A stretch of 64,000 nt of DNA from Thermoplasmata archaeon (lineage in GTDB: Archaea; Thermoplasmatota; Thermoplasmata; Lutacidiplasmatales; UBA184): positions 1 through 64,000 of the forward strand of contig JAGWLG010000002.1 in NCBI GenBank assembly GCA_028864975.1, in the 5' to 3' direction. Below, one piece after another: positions 55,183 to 64,000 of this stretch (positions are counted from its first letter, which is position 1; every line of letters begins with the position of its first letter). A model generated the notes under the pieces. The model worked only from the letters and a program-made list of their open reading frames with translations. It searched no databases and had not been told where the DNA came from. The translations under genes were made by a program, and so were the position numbers.

Positions 55183-57594
55183 TTACGCCGGGAAGCGTCG
55201 CTGGAGCCCGGAGTAGATCGCGAGCAGGTCCATTCCCTTCGTGAGCCCGCTCTGACCTTCCCCCACGGGATTGGTCTCGAAGTAGGTCTTGATCTCCTTC
55301 TCGCGGCCCAGGCCGAGGTAGGGTACCGACCACTGCAGCAGGATCGGGACGATCCCCGTTCCTCCGAAGTTTTGGACGATCACCGGGAAGAACTGCTGGA
55401 ACGCTTCCCACATCACGTCGTGCGCATCGACGTTCTGGAGGAGGGAGACGAGGACCTCCAGTCCTGTCGTGGGGTTCACTTGCCCGCTGAAGGGCAACGC
55501 GACGGACCGCTCCAGCGCCACTCGATCGGTGAACGCGCCCAAAGCGTGGGCGAGCCGCCCCTTCTCCTCATCGGTCTTGGAGTTCTGAAGCCTCTGCAGG
55601 ATCTCGTCGAAGACCGCCGCTCCGCGCGTTCGAGCGTACGCGACAGCGATCGCCTGGCGCAGCGAGGGATCGGAACTCTCCCAATCGGTGAAGCGAGAGG
55701 CCATCGCCTCCGCGAACGAGGGCTCGAGCTGGACCCTGAAGCTGCTCATGCGCTGGCGGAGGACCGCGTTGTGGGAGGGCTCTCCCGCGCGGGCCGAGAG
55801 ACCCAGCCGGTCGCTCTGGGCGACCACCGTCCCTCGCAGGGCGTCGAAGAACGACGGGCGGTCTCGCAGGACGGGGAAGAGGATCCCTCCCTCGCTCCCG
55901 AGCTCGTTCAAGACCAAGTAGTCCGACTCGCTCTTCGCGGCCCGCACCAGCTCGAGGTACGTCGGGGGGTCGACCTCCCCCGCCAGAAGGAACGCGTAGG
56001 TGTCCTGGAGAAGACCGTAGCGGTCCCACGGCGCGAGGGACGGGAACCTCTGACGGATGGAGGTCCCGAGCTTCCCCTCGTACCGGATACGCAGGAAGCT
56101 CCGGCGGCCGTGGTTGAGCACCAGAGTATTCGGGTCATGGAGGGGGAGCTTCAGGGTCGTCCCCCTCATCAGGTGGCCGACCGCCTTCCCGTCCGCGAGC
56201 ACGTTCAGGGGGATCGACCAGGTCGTGTCGTGCTTCCCTCCGTTCTCCGGAGGGGTCAGGAAGAAACGCTTCTGGGCGAGCTCGAGCTCCTCCCCTTTGA
56301 CCTCGGCCCGAAGGGCGGGGTAGCCGGGGCGGTTCAACCAGTCGCCGAGGATCACCGAGACGGGCTCCTTGGCCTCTTCATCGAGCGCCGCCCAAAGGTC
56401 CTCGCCCTTCGCGTTCCCGTAGGAGAACTTCTTCAAGTACCGGGCGACCCCGGTCCGAAAGACCTCCTCCCCCAGGTACGCTTCGAGCATCCGTAGGATG
56501 CTCCCGCCCTTCGCGTAGCTGATCTCGTCGAAGATCGAGTTGATCTCGTTCGGGTCCTCCACCGGCACGTTCACGGGGTGGGAGTGGGGGAGCGCATCCC
56601 ATAGCAGGGCGTTCGAGGACCCGACCGCGAAATCGCTCCAGACCTGCCAGTCGGGGTAGAGATGGCTCGTCGCCTTGTAGTCCATGAAGGTCGCGAAGCT
56701 CTCGTTGAGCCACAGGTCGTTCCACCAAGCCATCGTGACGAGGTCGCCGAACCACTGATGGGCGATCTCGTGGGCCAGGACGCCCATGACCTGGCGCTTG
56801 GTCGACTGGCTCGCGTCGGGCCCCACCAAGAGCGCCCGCTCCCGGAAGGCGATCGCGCCCCAGTTCTCCATGCCCCCGACAGCGATGTTGGGGATCGCGA
56901 TCAGGTGGAGCTTCGGGAGCGGGAACGGGAGACCAAAGTACTCCCCAAAGAAGTCGAGGACCTTCCCCGCGTGGTCCAACGCGAAGCCCGCCTGGTCCCC
57001 ACGTCCCGGAGGCGCGGCGACGATGATCTCGGTCTTCCCGTGCTTCCGGCTGCATTCCTCGAACTTGCCGATCCCCAGGAAGAGCAGGTAGGTGGACATC
57101 CGGGGCGTCGGTTCGAAGACGTAGTGGACGCGGCCACCCTTCTCCTCGTGCGCCTTCGCGGGAGTGTTGAAGATCACCTGCAGCCCCGCGTCCGTCGTGA
57201 CCTCAACGTGGAACTCGGCTTTTTGCGCAGGATGGTCGATGCAGGGGAGCACGTGGCGAGCGCCGAGGGGCTCGAGCTGGGTGACGATGGCGTGCGTCGC
57301 TCCGTAGTCCGTGCGGTAGATGCCCGTGAGGGCGTTCTCGGGGACCTTGGCGTGGAAGGCGACCTCTACGGCGACCTTCCCCCGGCTCACGCCCTCGATC
57401 TTGAGCTCCTCCTTGGTGGGGACGAGCTCATGGGAGAGTTGGGAGCCACCTGAGGAGACCCCGTCAATATCGAGGCCGACCGAGTTCAGGGTGAGCGGGC
57501 CACCGTCGTGGTCCAGGTGGAGCGCGACCTTGCCGGAGTAGGTGAGCTTCGCATGGTCGACATCGAAGGCGACCTCGTACCGGTGGACCTTCAT
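55183..57594 (-). CDS. M1 family aminopeptidase (tricorn-interacting factor F2/F3-like)
   Basis: GGMENWG, HEIAH...LWLNESFAT, YAKGG, ERAP1-like C-terminal domain. Confidence 0.95.
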   Translation of the reverse strand: MKVHRYEVAFDVDHAKLTYSGKVALHLDHDGGPLTLNSVGLDIDGVSSGGSQLSHELVPTKEELKIEGVSRGKVAVEVAFHAKVPENALTGIYRTDYGATHAIVTQLEPLGARHVLPCIDHPAQKAEFHVEVTTDAGLQVIFNTPAKAHEEKGGRVHYVFEPTPRMSTYLLFLGIGKFEECSRKHGKTEIIVAAPPGRGDQAGFALDHAGKVLDFFGEYFGLPFPLPKLHLIAIPNIAVGGMENWGAIAFRERALLVGPDASQSTKRQVMGVLAHEIAHQWFGDLVTMAWWNDLWLNESFATFMDYKATSHLYPDWQVWSDFAVGSSNALLWDALPHSHPVNVPVEDPNEINSIFDEISYAKGGSILRMLEAYLGEEVFRTGVARYLKKFSYGNAKGEDLWAALDEEAKEPVSVILGDWLNRPGYPALRAEVKGEELELAQKRFFLTPPENGGKHDTTWSIPLNVLADGKAVGHLMRGTTLKLPLHDPNTLVLNHGRRSFLRIRYEGKLGTSIRQRFPSLAPWDRYGLLQDTYAFLLAGEVDPPTYLELVRAAKSESDYLVLNELGSEGGILFPVLRDRPSFFDALRGTVVAQSDRLGLSARAGEPSHNAVLRQRMSSFRVQLEPSFAEAMASRFTDWESSDPSLRQAIAVAYARTRGAAVFDEILQRLQNSKTDEEKGRLAHALGAFTDRVALERSVALPFSGQVNPTTGLEVLVSLLQNVDAHDVMWEAFQQFFPVIVQNFGGTGIVPILLQWSVPYLGLGREKEIKTYFETNPVGEGQSGLTKGMDLLAIYSGLQRRFPA

Positions 57595-57652
57595 GGCGGG
57601 CGGGAGGGAGCGCCCCTCCCTCTTGAACCTCTCCTTGCCGGGAGCGCGGAGC

Positions 57653-58492
57653 TCAGATCGGGGGTCCGGAGGAGGTCGCCCAGCGCTTGCGCAGCACGAG
57701 CGATGCGTCGCTGAACCCTTCCTGGGTGAGGAACTTCCGGCTCTCTTCCCGGTGGAGGCCGATCACCGTGGAGAGATGAGTCACGCCCTCCCGTCGGGCC
57801 CAGCGCTCGACGTACTCCAGCAAGCGGTGGCCGACCCCCTTCGTGCGGAACTCGGGGTCGACGACCAGGTCCTCGACGTGGCCCCTTCGGCCGAAGCGCA
57901 TCGTGGGGTAGGTGGTCGCAGTGGCGAAAGCACTCACCCGCCCACCGACCTCGGCCACGAAGAGGCCGCTGTCAGGGTCTCCCAAGTACTGACGGAACGA
58001 GGAGCGCGCCTGGGCCTCGGTGAACCCGGGGGGGGCTGTGCCACGGTCGAAGAGGTGCTTCAGGAGCGTCAGGACGGCGTTCTCGTCCGCGGTGGTCGCC
58101 GCGCGGAGCATCAGGTGGAGGTTCCCGCCGACGACGGCGGCTTCGCTGGGGGCGATCGGCGCCCTGAGGTCGTCCAACACCTCGAGGGTCGAGCGCTTCA
58201 GGTTGGAGGCGTGGCCGAACTTCTGGTCGTGCTGCGCCGCGAGACGCATCGCCGCGGGGCTCTGACGGTAGGCCTGGAGCGCGTCCGCGCTTTCCAGGTC
58301 GTAGAGGGTCCAGTAGCGGTGGGGCTCATCGCCCTCGACCATCCGGAGCCGTCGAGCACGTCGGAACCCCCGCTCGGCGAGGACCTCGGGCACGTGGGAC
58401 TGGCGGTGCCACTGGTCCCACTCGGCCTCCCTCTCCGGGGCGATCTGCGTTCGTACGAGGTAGACGACACCTTTGGGCACGTCGGGATGCAC
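57653..58492 (-). CDS. DUF4286/EthD-like barrel fused to a GNAT acetyltransferase
   Basis: N-terminal WDQWHRQSHVPEVL...YWTLYDLES; C-terminal VEDLVVDPEFRTKGVG. Confidence 0.8.
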   Translation of the reverse strand: MHPDVPKGVVYLVRTQIAPEREAEWDQWHRQSHVPEVLAERGFRRARRLRMVEGDEPHRYWTLYDLESADALQAYRQSPAAMRLAAQHDQKFGHASNLKRSTLEVLDDLRAPIAPSEAAVVGGNLHLMLRAATTADENAVLTLLKHLFDRGTAPPGFTEAQARSSFRQYLGDPDSGLFVAEVGGRVSAFATATTYPTMRFGRRGHVEDLVVDPEFRTKGVGHRLLEYVERWARREGVTHLSTVIGLHREESRKFLTQEGFSDASLVLRKRWATSSGPPI

Positions 58493-58733
58493 ACGGTCCC
58501 CCTATTCCCCGTTTTCGGTGACCTCTCTGTCGACCCTCAGCACTCGCTGGAGCCCTCGAACGGCAAAGACCGCAACGTCCGCGCTTCTCCACAGCGAAGG
58601 AACGCTTGCGTCCTCGAGGGCAGAGCCTCGGCGGACGGATGGCTTAGGTTCAGCGCGCCGCGCGTTGCGTGCACCTCAGGGCGTAGCGAGGGCGCCCGAA
58701 CCTTCGGGAGAGGCCGTTCGCCCCTTGCGTGCG

Positions 58734-59927
58734 ATGCAAGACCTCCCTCCCCCCATTCCCCTCGGAGCCATTTTCTATCTCCTCCGCTCGGGACCGGCCG
58801 TGCCGCAGGTCAGGCTCGGGCTCACCTCCTCGTTCCCTCGACCCGAGGAGCTGGTCGCAGCGACGCGCGAGCTCGACCGCGGTCGCCGGACCGCCGAGGA
58901 GGTCCAGGGACTCTACGAGTCGTGGACCGGCCGGGTCGTCGACCTGGAGTCCCGCCTGGGCTTCTCCACGGTGTTGGGCGGGGACCTCGGTCGCCAGGAC
59001 CTCTTCCGCCCTTTCAGCGAGTCGACCCCCGGTCTCGAGGTCGGGCCGCTCACCCGCTGGTTCGAGACCAACACCTTCTTCCGGCAACCCATAGTCAACG
59101 CTCCCCCCCAATGGGCCCCCGGGGCGTTCGCGCGACAGGTCCCGTTCGAACGGCTCCTGGCGTCGAAGATCGCCCCTCGCGTGATCCTACCAGGGCCCTA
59201 TACCTTCACCGCGCTCGCGGACAACCGTACCGATCTCTCGCGTCAGGAGCTCGCCGTTCGCTGGTCCGAACTGTTGGCGCGCGAGGTCGAAGACCTCTCC
59301 GCCCATGGCGTCAAGGTCTTCCAGCTCCAGGAACCCTCGCTCGTCGTGGACCCTCCCTCGGTCGAGGAGGAGTCGTGGGTCCGCGAGGCCTACGAGCCGC
59401 TCGCCCCCGCGCTCTCTCAGGTCGATAGTGTGCTCTGGACCTTCTTCGGCGACGGGGCGCCCGTCCTTCCGCTCCTCGCTTCCCTTCCCGTGGAAACGGT
59501 GGGCGTCGACCTGACCGACACGGACCCCACGCGGCTCACCGAGCTGGCCCCGGGGAAGGGGCTCGGCCTGGGATGCCTGGACTCCCGCACGACCCTCGTC
59601 GAGGACCCGAAGGAGATCGCCCGGATCGTTCGCGATCTCTTCGATCGGCTCGAGCCGTCCGAGATCCTTCTCGGTCCCGGGACCCCGCTCGACCTCGTTC
59701 CCTGGGAAGTGGCCGAGAAGAAGCTCTCCGTCCTGCCTCAGGTGAGGAAAGTGCTGGAGGGGGCCCCCGCGGCCCGGCCCCGCCAGGTCGCACCCGCACG
59801 CCGCCCAGCGCCTGCGAAGCGGTCCAAGCCCCCCGCGCCCCGCGCAAGGTCCAAGCCGAAGCCTAAGGTCAAGCTCAAGGCGAGCTCGAAGAGGGCACCG
59901 GCGAAAGGAGGCAAGAAGCGCCGATGA
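58734..59927 (+). CDS. Cobalamin-independent methionine synthase, N-terminal-half homologue, with basic C-terminal tail
   Basis: SSFPRP, RWFETNTFFRQP, LPGPYTF, QLQEP, WTFFG; K/R/A/P-rich tail. Confidence 0.85.
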   Translation: MQDLPPPIPLGAIFYLLRSGPAVPQVRLGLTSSFPRPEELVAATRELDRGRRTAEEVQGLYESWTGRVVDLESRLGFSTVLGGDLGRQDLFRPFSESTPGLEVGPLTRWFETNTFFRQPIVNAPPQWAPGAFARQVPFERLLASKIAPRVILPGPYTFTALADNRTDLSRQELAVRWSELLAREVEDLSAHGVKVFQLQEPSLVVDPPSVEEESWVREAYEPLAPALSQVDSVLWTFFGDGAPVLPLLASLPVETVGVDLTDTDPTRLTELAPGKGLGLGCLDSRTTLVEDPKEIARIVRDLFDRLEPSEILLGPGTPLDLVPWEVAEKKLSVLPQVRKVLEGAPAARPRQVAPARRPAPAKRSKPPAPRARSKPKPKVKLKASSKRAPAKGGKKRR

Positions 59928-61063
59928 GCGAGGAGGAGAGGCTCTTCCCGACCCAGGAGGTCGGCTCGATCGCGAAGCCCCTGTGGTTGGTGCAGGCCCT
60001 CAAGGGCCAGAAACCGAGCCCGAACGCGCTCTCGGACCTCGAGCGGTGGCGAGGGCGTGTCCCTTTCGTGCCCGAGCACGACCCCCGTCTGAAGAAGCTC
60101 CTCAAAGGGGAGGTCGACGAGGTCGGGCCCCATGGCCTGCGGGACCTGGGGGCGCTCTTCGGGCTCCGCTACCTCGAGGCCGCGGGGCTCGACATCGTGT
60201 ACGATGGGGAGGCGCGACGGATGGAAATGTACGAGTTCCCGATCCGTCAGATGACCGGGTTCAAGCTCCTTGGACACGTCCGGTCCTTCGACAACAAGTA
60301 CTACCTGAAAGGGGCGTGCGTGGGGAAGGTCGGTCTACCCGAACCTTACCACCTGGACGAGTTCGAGTTCCTGAAGCGTGAGGCTCGAAGGTCGCTCAAG
60401 GTCCCGATCACCGGAGCCTACACCCTCGCGGACTGGTCTTGGAACGAGTACTACCTGGGGAAGCAGAAGGGGTGGAAAGGGCGGAAGGCCCGACGCGCGG
60501 CCCAGAGAGAGCTGCTCGTGGACATCGCACGGAACGCGATCCGTCCCACGCTCAAGGCGCTCATCGACCGCGGGGCGAAGTTCCTCCAGGTCGATGAACC
60601 CGCCGCGGGGACGCACCCCGACGAGGCGGAGCTCGTGGTGGAGGCGTTCAACGAGAGCGTCGAAGGGCTCGACGCGAAGTTTGCGATGCACATCTGTTTC
60701 TCCGACTACCGCTGTCTCTTCCCGGCGCTCCTGGAGGCGAAGAAGTGCTCCCAGTTCCTCTGGGAGTTCGCGAACCGCGACACGCCGGAGAAGGACGGGT
60801 ACCGGGACCTGGAGCTGTTCAACGAGTTCGAGGACCACCGGGAGATTGGGCTGGGGGTGACCGACATTCATCGTGACGTGCTCGAGTCCCCCGAGCTCAT
60901 CCGCGACCGGATCCTGCGCGCGTCGAAGATCCTAGGGGACCCCAAGCGCCTCTACGTGAACCCGGACTGCGGGCTCCGCACGCGGTCGTTGGATGTGGCG
61001 TGGGAGAAGCTCACCCGGATGGTGCGGGGGGCCGACCTCGCTCGTGCCTCCCTCGCGGGCTGA
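59924..61063 (+). CDS. metE: Cobalamin-independent methionine synthase, catalytic half
   Basis: QEVGS, DGEARR, VPITGAYT, QVDEP, HICFSD, WEFAN, NPDCGLR zinc-ligand motifs. Confidence 0.88.
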   Translation: MSEEERLFPTQEVGSIAKPLWLVQALKGQKPSPNALSDLERWRGRVPFVPEHDPRLKKLLKGEVDEVGPHGLRDLGALFGLRYLEAAGLDIVYDGEARRMEMYEFPIRQMTGFKLLGHVRSFDNKYYLKGACVGKVGLPEPYHLDEFEFLKREARRSLKVPITGAYTLADWSWNEYYLGKQKGWKGRKARRAAQRELLVDIARNAIRPTLKALIDRGAKFLQVDEPAAGTHPDEAELVVEAFNESVEGLDAKFAMHICFSDYRCLFPALLEAKKCSQFLWEFANRDTPEKDGYRDLELFNEFEDHREIGLGVTDIHRDVLESPELIRDRILRASKILGDPKRLYVNPDCGLRTRSLDVAWEKLTRMVRGADLARASLAG

Positions 61064-61117
61064 GTCCCCGACAGCTTGGGGGGACCGACCTCGCCGCCAG
61101 CGGGCGACGAGTAAGAC

Positions 61118-61696
61118 GTGAACCGGAGCAAGCCGATGGTTGAGCCACTACCTGTGGGGGTCTACTGGGGCCGTTTCAACCCGCCCCATCGCGGCCACCT
61201 CTCGGTCGTGCGTCGGTTCCACCGCGACTTCCGCCTGACCGTCGTCATCGGGAGCGCGGAGCACCGCGACGAGCGAAGGAACCCGTTCAGCGGCCGCGAG
61301 CGCCAGCAGATGTTCGAGGCCTACCTGGCCGAGGTGGGCATCCTTGACGTTCGCGTTACCACCTTGAGGGATGGTCCGACGTTGGACGGGGCGATCCATC
61401 GGCTGGTCCGTCGGTGCCACCCCGATGTGATCCTGCTCTCTTCCGACAAGGGTCGATTCGCGAGCACCGTCGCCCGAAAGGTCCGCGTCGTGAGGTTCGC
61501 GAGGAGGGGAGTGGTCTCCTCCACCCGGATACGGGCGGCTATCGCGACCGGGAGACCGGATTGGGAACGGCTGACCGGGCGGTCCGTGGTTCGCCTGATC
61601 CACCAGTTCGGGGGTCCCGCTCGTATCCGAAGGGCCCATCGTTCCCGGAGGAGGAGCGCGGGGGTCCGTGAGGGACGCCGCCGTCGAACTCGGTAA
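61118..61696 (+). CDS. Cytidylyltransferase-family adenylyltransferase, NadM-like
   Basis: YWGRFNPPHRGH (HxGH), VIGSA, NPFSGRER, VSSTRIR. Confidence 0.75.
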   Translation: MNRSKPMVEPLPVGVYWGRFNPPHRGHLSVVRRFHRDFRLTVVIGSAEHRDERRNPFSGRERQQMFEAYLAEVGILDVRVTTLRDGPTLDGAIHRLVRRCHPDVILLSSDKGRFASTVARKVRVVRFARRGVVSSTRIRAAIATGRPDWERLTGRSVVRLIHQFGGPARIRRAHRSRRRSAGVREGRRRRTR

Positions 61697-61703
61697 TGGT
61701 CCC

Positions 61704-62087
61704 CTACTTCGAAGGAAGGAGCTTCTCCTTCTTCCGGGAGCCCCGCAGCGCGAACGGGAACCGGAACGGGGGCGGAGGCACCCCTCCGCGAGCGACGAGC
61801 GCGCGTCGCCATCGGACCTCGTCGAGGGCTGCGAGGGCCAGGAGGATCGGGAAGATGCCCATCGTCACCACGGCGAGTCCGCCCCCCGTGATCCCTACCG
61901 TGTGAAGCCCCACGAAGGAGAGGAGGGCCCCCAGGGCCAGGAGCGCGATCACGACCAAGAGGTTCCTCGTCGTTCCACGCTGGAAGGCCTTGGGATCGGA
62001 CTTGAAGCGCTCGAGCAGACCTTGGTCCAGCTTCTGCGTCGGGCCGGGCCGACCAGGGGCCGACGACCAGGACCTGGGCGCGCTCAT
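61704..62087 (-). CDS. Hypothetical two-TM membrane protein
   Basis: Two clear hydrophobic helices flanked by basic termini. Confidence 0.6.
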   Translation of the reverse strand: MSAPRSWSSAPGRPGPTQKLDQGLLERFKSDPKAFQRGTTRNLLVVIALLALGALLSFVGLHTVGITGGGLAVVTMGIFPILLALAALDEVRWRRALVARGGVPPPPFRFPFALRGSRKKEKLLPSK

Positions 62088-62190
62088 GGAAGAGCGCGAG
62101 AATCCTCTCCCCTTTTGAAGACGCAGGTCGAGCGGCGGACGCCCTGACCGTGAGGTGACGGGCCGAGGCCATCGATTTGTACCTCAAGGG

Positions 62191-62808
62191 ATGGGAAGGT
62201 GGAGGAGTTCCGTGCTCGCTCTCCCTTCTGGCCTCCCGGCGGCGTCCTTCCTGCTGATCCTGATAGGGGACGTCCTGGTCTTCCTGCTGATCGGGCTCAC
62301 GTTCCGCCTGCTCTCTCCACGCAAGCTGACCCCGATCATCTGGGCCTCTCCCGTGGCCCACCTGTACACGCTCTTTGCCGTGTTCCTGGCGCTCTATACG
62401 GCCCTCTCCTCACAGCCCCTCCTCTCCCTCCTCGGGTCCTTCGCCTCCTTCGGGGTCGCCGGGGTGATCGGCGCGTTCCTCGGCCGACCGGTCGGGCGAA
62501 GGATCCCCGTCTCGCTCCACCAAGATGGCCGCGCGACGTTCGTCGGTGGGAAGGTCCTGGTCTCCCTCCTGGTCCTGCTCCTTCTTCCTCTTGCGCTCGA
62601 ACAGGCGGTGGTGCTCTTTGGCTCCCTCGCGCAGGTGCAGTCCCTGGTGGGCGCGCTCACCGGCAACCCTCCGTTCAACTTCCTGCTCGTGGGGGTAGGG
62701 TTCCTCTTCGTCCTGGGGACGTTCCTCTCCATCACATGGAGGTTCGAGGTCTGGGAGAAGCGCTCCCGCCAGGTTTCGGCGCGGAACGGAGGGACCTCGA
62801 AGCGCTGA
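62191..62808 (+). CDS. Hypothetical multi-pass membrane protein
   Basis: About six hydrophobic segments. Confidence 0.65.
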   Translation: MGRWRSSVLALPSGLPAASFLLILIGDVLVFLLIGLTFRLLSPRKLTPIIWASPVAHLYTLFAVFLALYTALSSQPLLSLLGSFASFGVAGVIGAFLGRPVGRRIPVSLHQDGRATFVGGKVLVSLLVLLLLPLALEQAVVLFGSLAQVQSLVGALTGNPPFNFLLVGVGFLFVLGTFLSITWRFEVWEKRSRQVSARNGGTSKR

Positions 62809-62957
62809 ACTCGCCGACCGTCCTGGGCCAATCCCCTGACGCGCGGCCACTCAGGTTCGGGAGGCCCCGACCGCGCGCGCCGGTCTCCCGCTCGAGCGCG
62901 CTGGACGAATCCACTTGAGGCTTGGAGGGCCCCTGGCCATAGACCTCCGCCCAAGGG

Positions 62958-63003
62958 TTTTAAGGCGCCAGGGCTGAGTAGAATGGACGATTAGGTCCCC
63001 TAA
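62958..63003 (+). promoter_or_regulatory. TATA box and inverted repeat upstream of the MarR gene
   Basis: TTTTAA at 62958-62963; TTAGG-tcc-CCTAA at 62991-63003, just before ATG 63009. Confidence 0.45.
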
Positions 63004-63008
63004 CTATC

Positions 63009-63524
63009 ATGGCGACCAGCGTCAGAACCCTGCCCCCGACGGTCGCCCGCCGCCTCCCGCCGGAGGAGGTCGCGCTCTGGGGGTCGCTGGTCTCGGTGAC
63101 GCGGAGCCTCTTCCGCCACCTTCAGCACGACCTTCGGCGTGTCGGGGTGAGCGTCCAGCAGTACTGGGTGCTGCAGTGCCTGGATGTCCATGGGCCGCTC
63201 ACCGCGGGGAAGCTCTCCCAGTGGCTCGAGGTGACCCTGCCCACGGTGACGGGCATCGCCGACCACTTGGAGTCGATCGGCTACGTCCATCGCTCTCCCG
63301 CGCCGGAGGACCGGCGGCGCGTGCTCGTCCGGCTCACCCCGAAGGGGATGCGGATGCTCCGCTTGCTCCACCAGCACCACGCGGACATCGGACGGGACCT
63401 CGCCCAGCTCGTGCCGGACGAGGAGCGCGCCGAGCTCACGCGGGCCCTGGTCCGCATCGCTGCGCGCCTGACCCCGGACCACGGCCCCTGTCCGGGCTGC
63501 CACGGGGAGACCGACCTCACCTGA
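63009..63524 (+). CDS. MarR family transcriptional regulator
   Basis: VSVQQYWVL, LTAGKLSQWL.VTLPTVTGIADHLE..GYV.R, EDRRRVLVRLTPKG. Confidence 0.92.
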   Translation: MATSVRTLPPTVARRLPPEEVALWGSLVSVTRSLFRHLQHDLRRVGVSVQQYWVLQCLDVHGPLTAGKLSQWLEVTLPTVTGIADHLESIGYVHRSPAPEDRRRVLVRLTPKGMRMLRLLHQHHADIGRDLAQLVPDEERAELTRALVRIAARLTPDHGPCPGCHGETDLT

Positions 63525-63731
63525 AACGGCGCAGTTCGTCGGGCCGCTCCTACGGCCGCCCCGGTGGAGCGAGCCTGAGGTCTGGCGCGGATAGCTCTCG
63601 AACGGTCGCCTGCGAGTTCGGGAGGGGCGGTCCATCCCTCAAGAACCGGGGTCGGAACTCCGGCCCGACGCTCCGTTGCGCTGGAGAGTCGCCACTATCC
63701 TTACGTGGAAGAGGGCCTGCCTCTCGAGGAT

Positions 63732-64000
63732 ATGTCGCCCACGCCGTCGGGGCCCGCCGCGGCCCCCGTCTTCGTCGGCCGTGAGGCGGAGCGGAGCCGG
63801 CTCCAGGAAGGGGTCGATCGTGCCCGCGGAGGGCAGGGGAACTCTTGGGTGATCTCGGGCCCCGCGGGAGTCGGGAAGACGCGATTGATGCAGTGGCTGG
63901 AGGGGGAGGCCCAGACCCAGGGGTTCCGGGTCCTCTGGGGGTACTGCCTGAAGGAGGACGTCTCCCCGTTCTTTCCCTTCGAGCAGATCCTCCATCGGCT
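63732..64000 (+). CDS. 5' part of another STAND-type AAA ATPase (runs off the window)
   Basis: My translation: MSPTPSGPAAAPVFVGREAERSRL...WVISGPAGVGKTRLMQWL...VLWGYCLKEDVSPFFPFEQIL, closely parallel to the start of 1469-4519. Confidence 0.85.
   Translation, partial: MSPTPSGPAAAPVFVGREAERSRLQEGVDRARGGQGNSWVISGPAGVGKTRLMQWLEGEAQTQGFRVLWGYCLKEDVSPFFPFEQILHR

Noticed and set aside
1-64000. tRNA, rRNA, SRP or RNase P RNA genes, and integrase/att sites
   Set aside because: No T-loop/cloverleaf, rRNA signature or integrase seen by eye; tRNAscan-SE and Infernal would be needed to exclude them formally.

Overview
Very GC-rich, gene-dense window that reads as archaeal, most likely Thermoplasmata (inferred from a PolB2 cassette, DUF835 proteins, split MetE, a tricorn-factor-like M1 peptidase and TATA-type promoters). 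About 55 real genes sit under many GC-driven shadow ORFs. I found no rRNA, tRNA or CRISPR array. Main points: (1) a solo TnpB with an intact RuvC triad, whose 3' ORF extension overlaps a ~310-nt run of hairpins (three with GCGA loops) ending at TCAC, directly against a 5'-truncated prenyltransferase-fold gene that would supply the guide; (2) an archaeal copy of the mycobacterial Rv1679-Rv1680-Rv1681 module of unknown function (ACAD-fold flavoprotein, orphan SBP-fold protein, TusA-like/radical SAM fusion) plus a DoxX-like gene; (3) three STAND-like NTPases, one with a DUF835 domain between Walker A and Walker B and one with a dead P-loop; (4) an hgcC-like/arsC/aquaporin operon with no ArsR or hgcAB in the window; (5) a PolB2 cassette split by an inverted vapBC module. 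Family assignments come from motif recognition by eye, not database searches. Many start codons were moved from the ORF track to more plausible positions.
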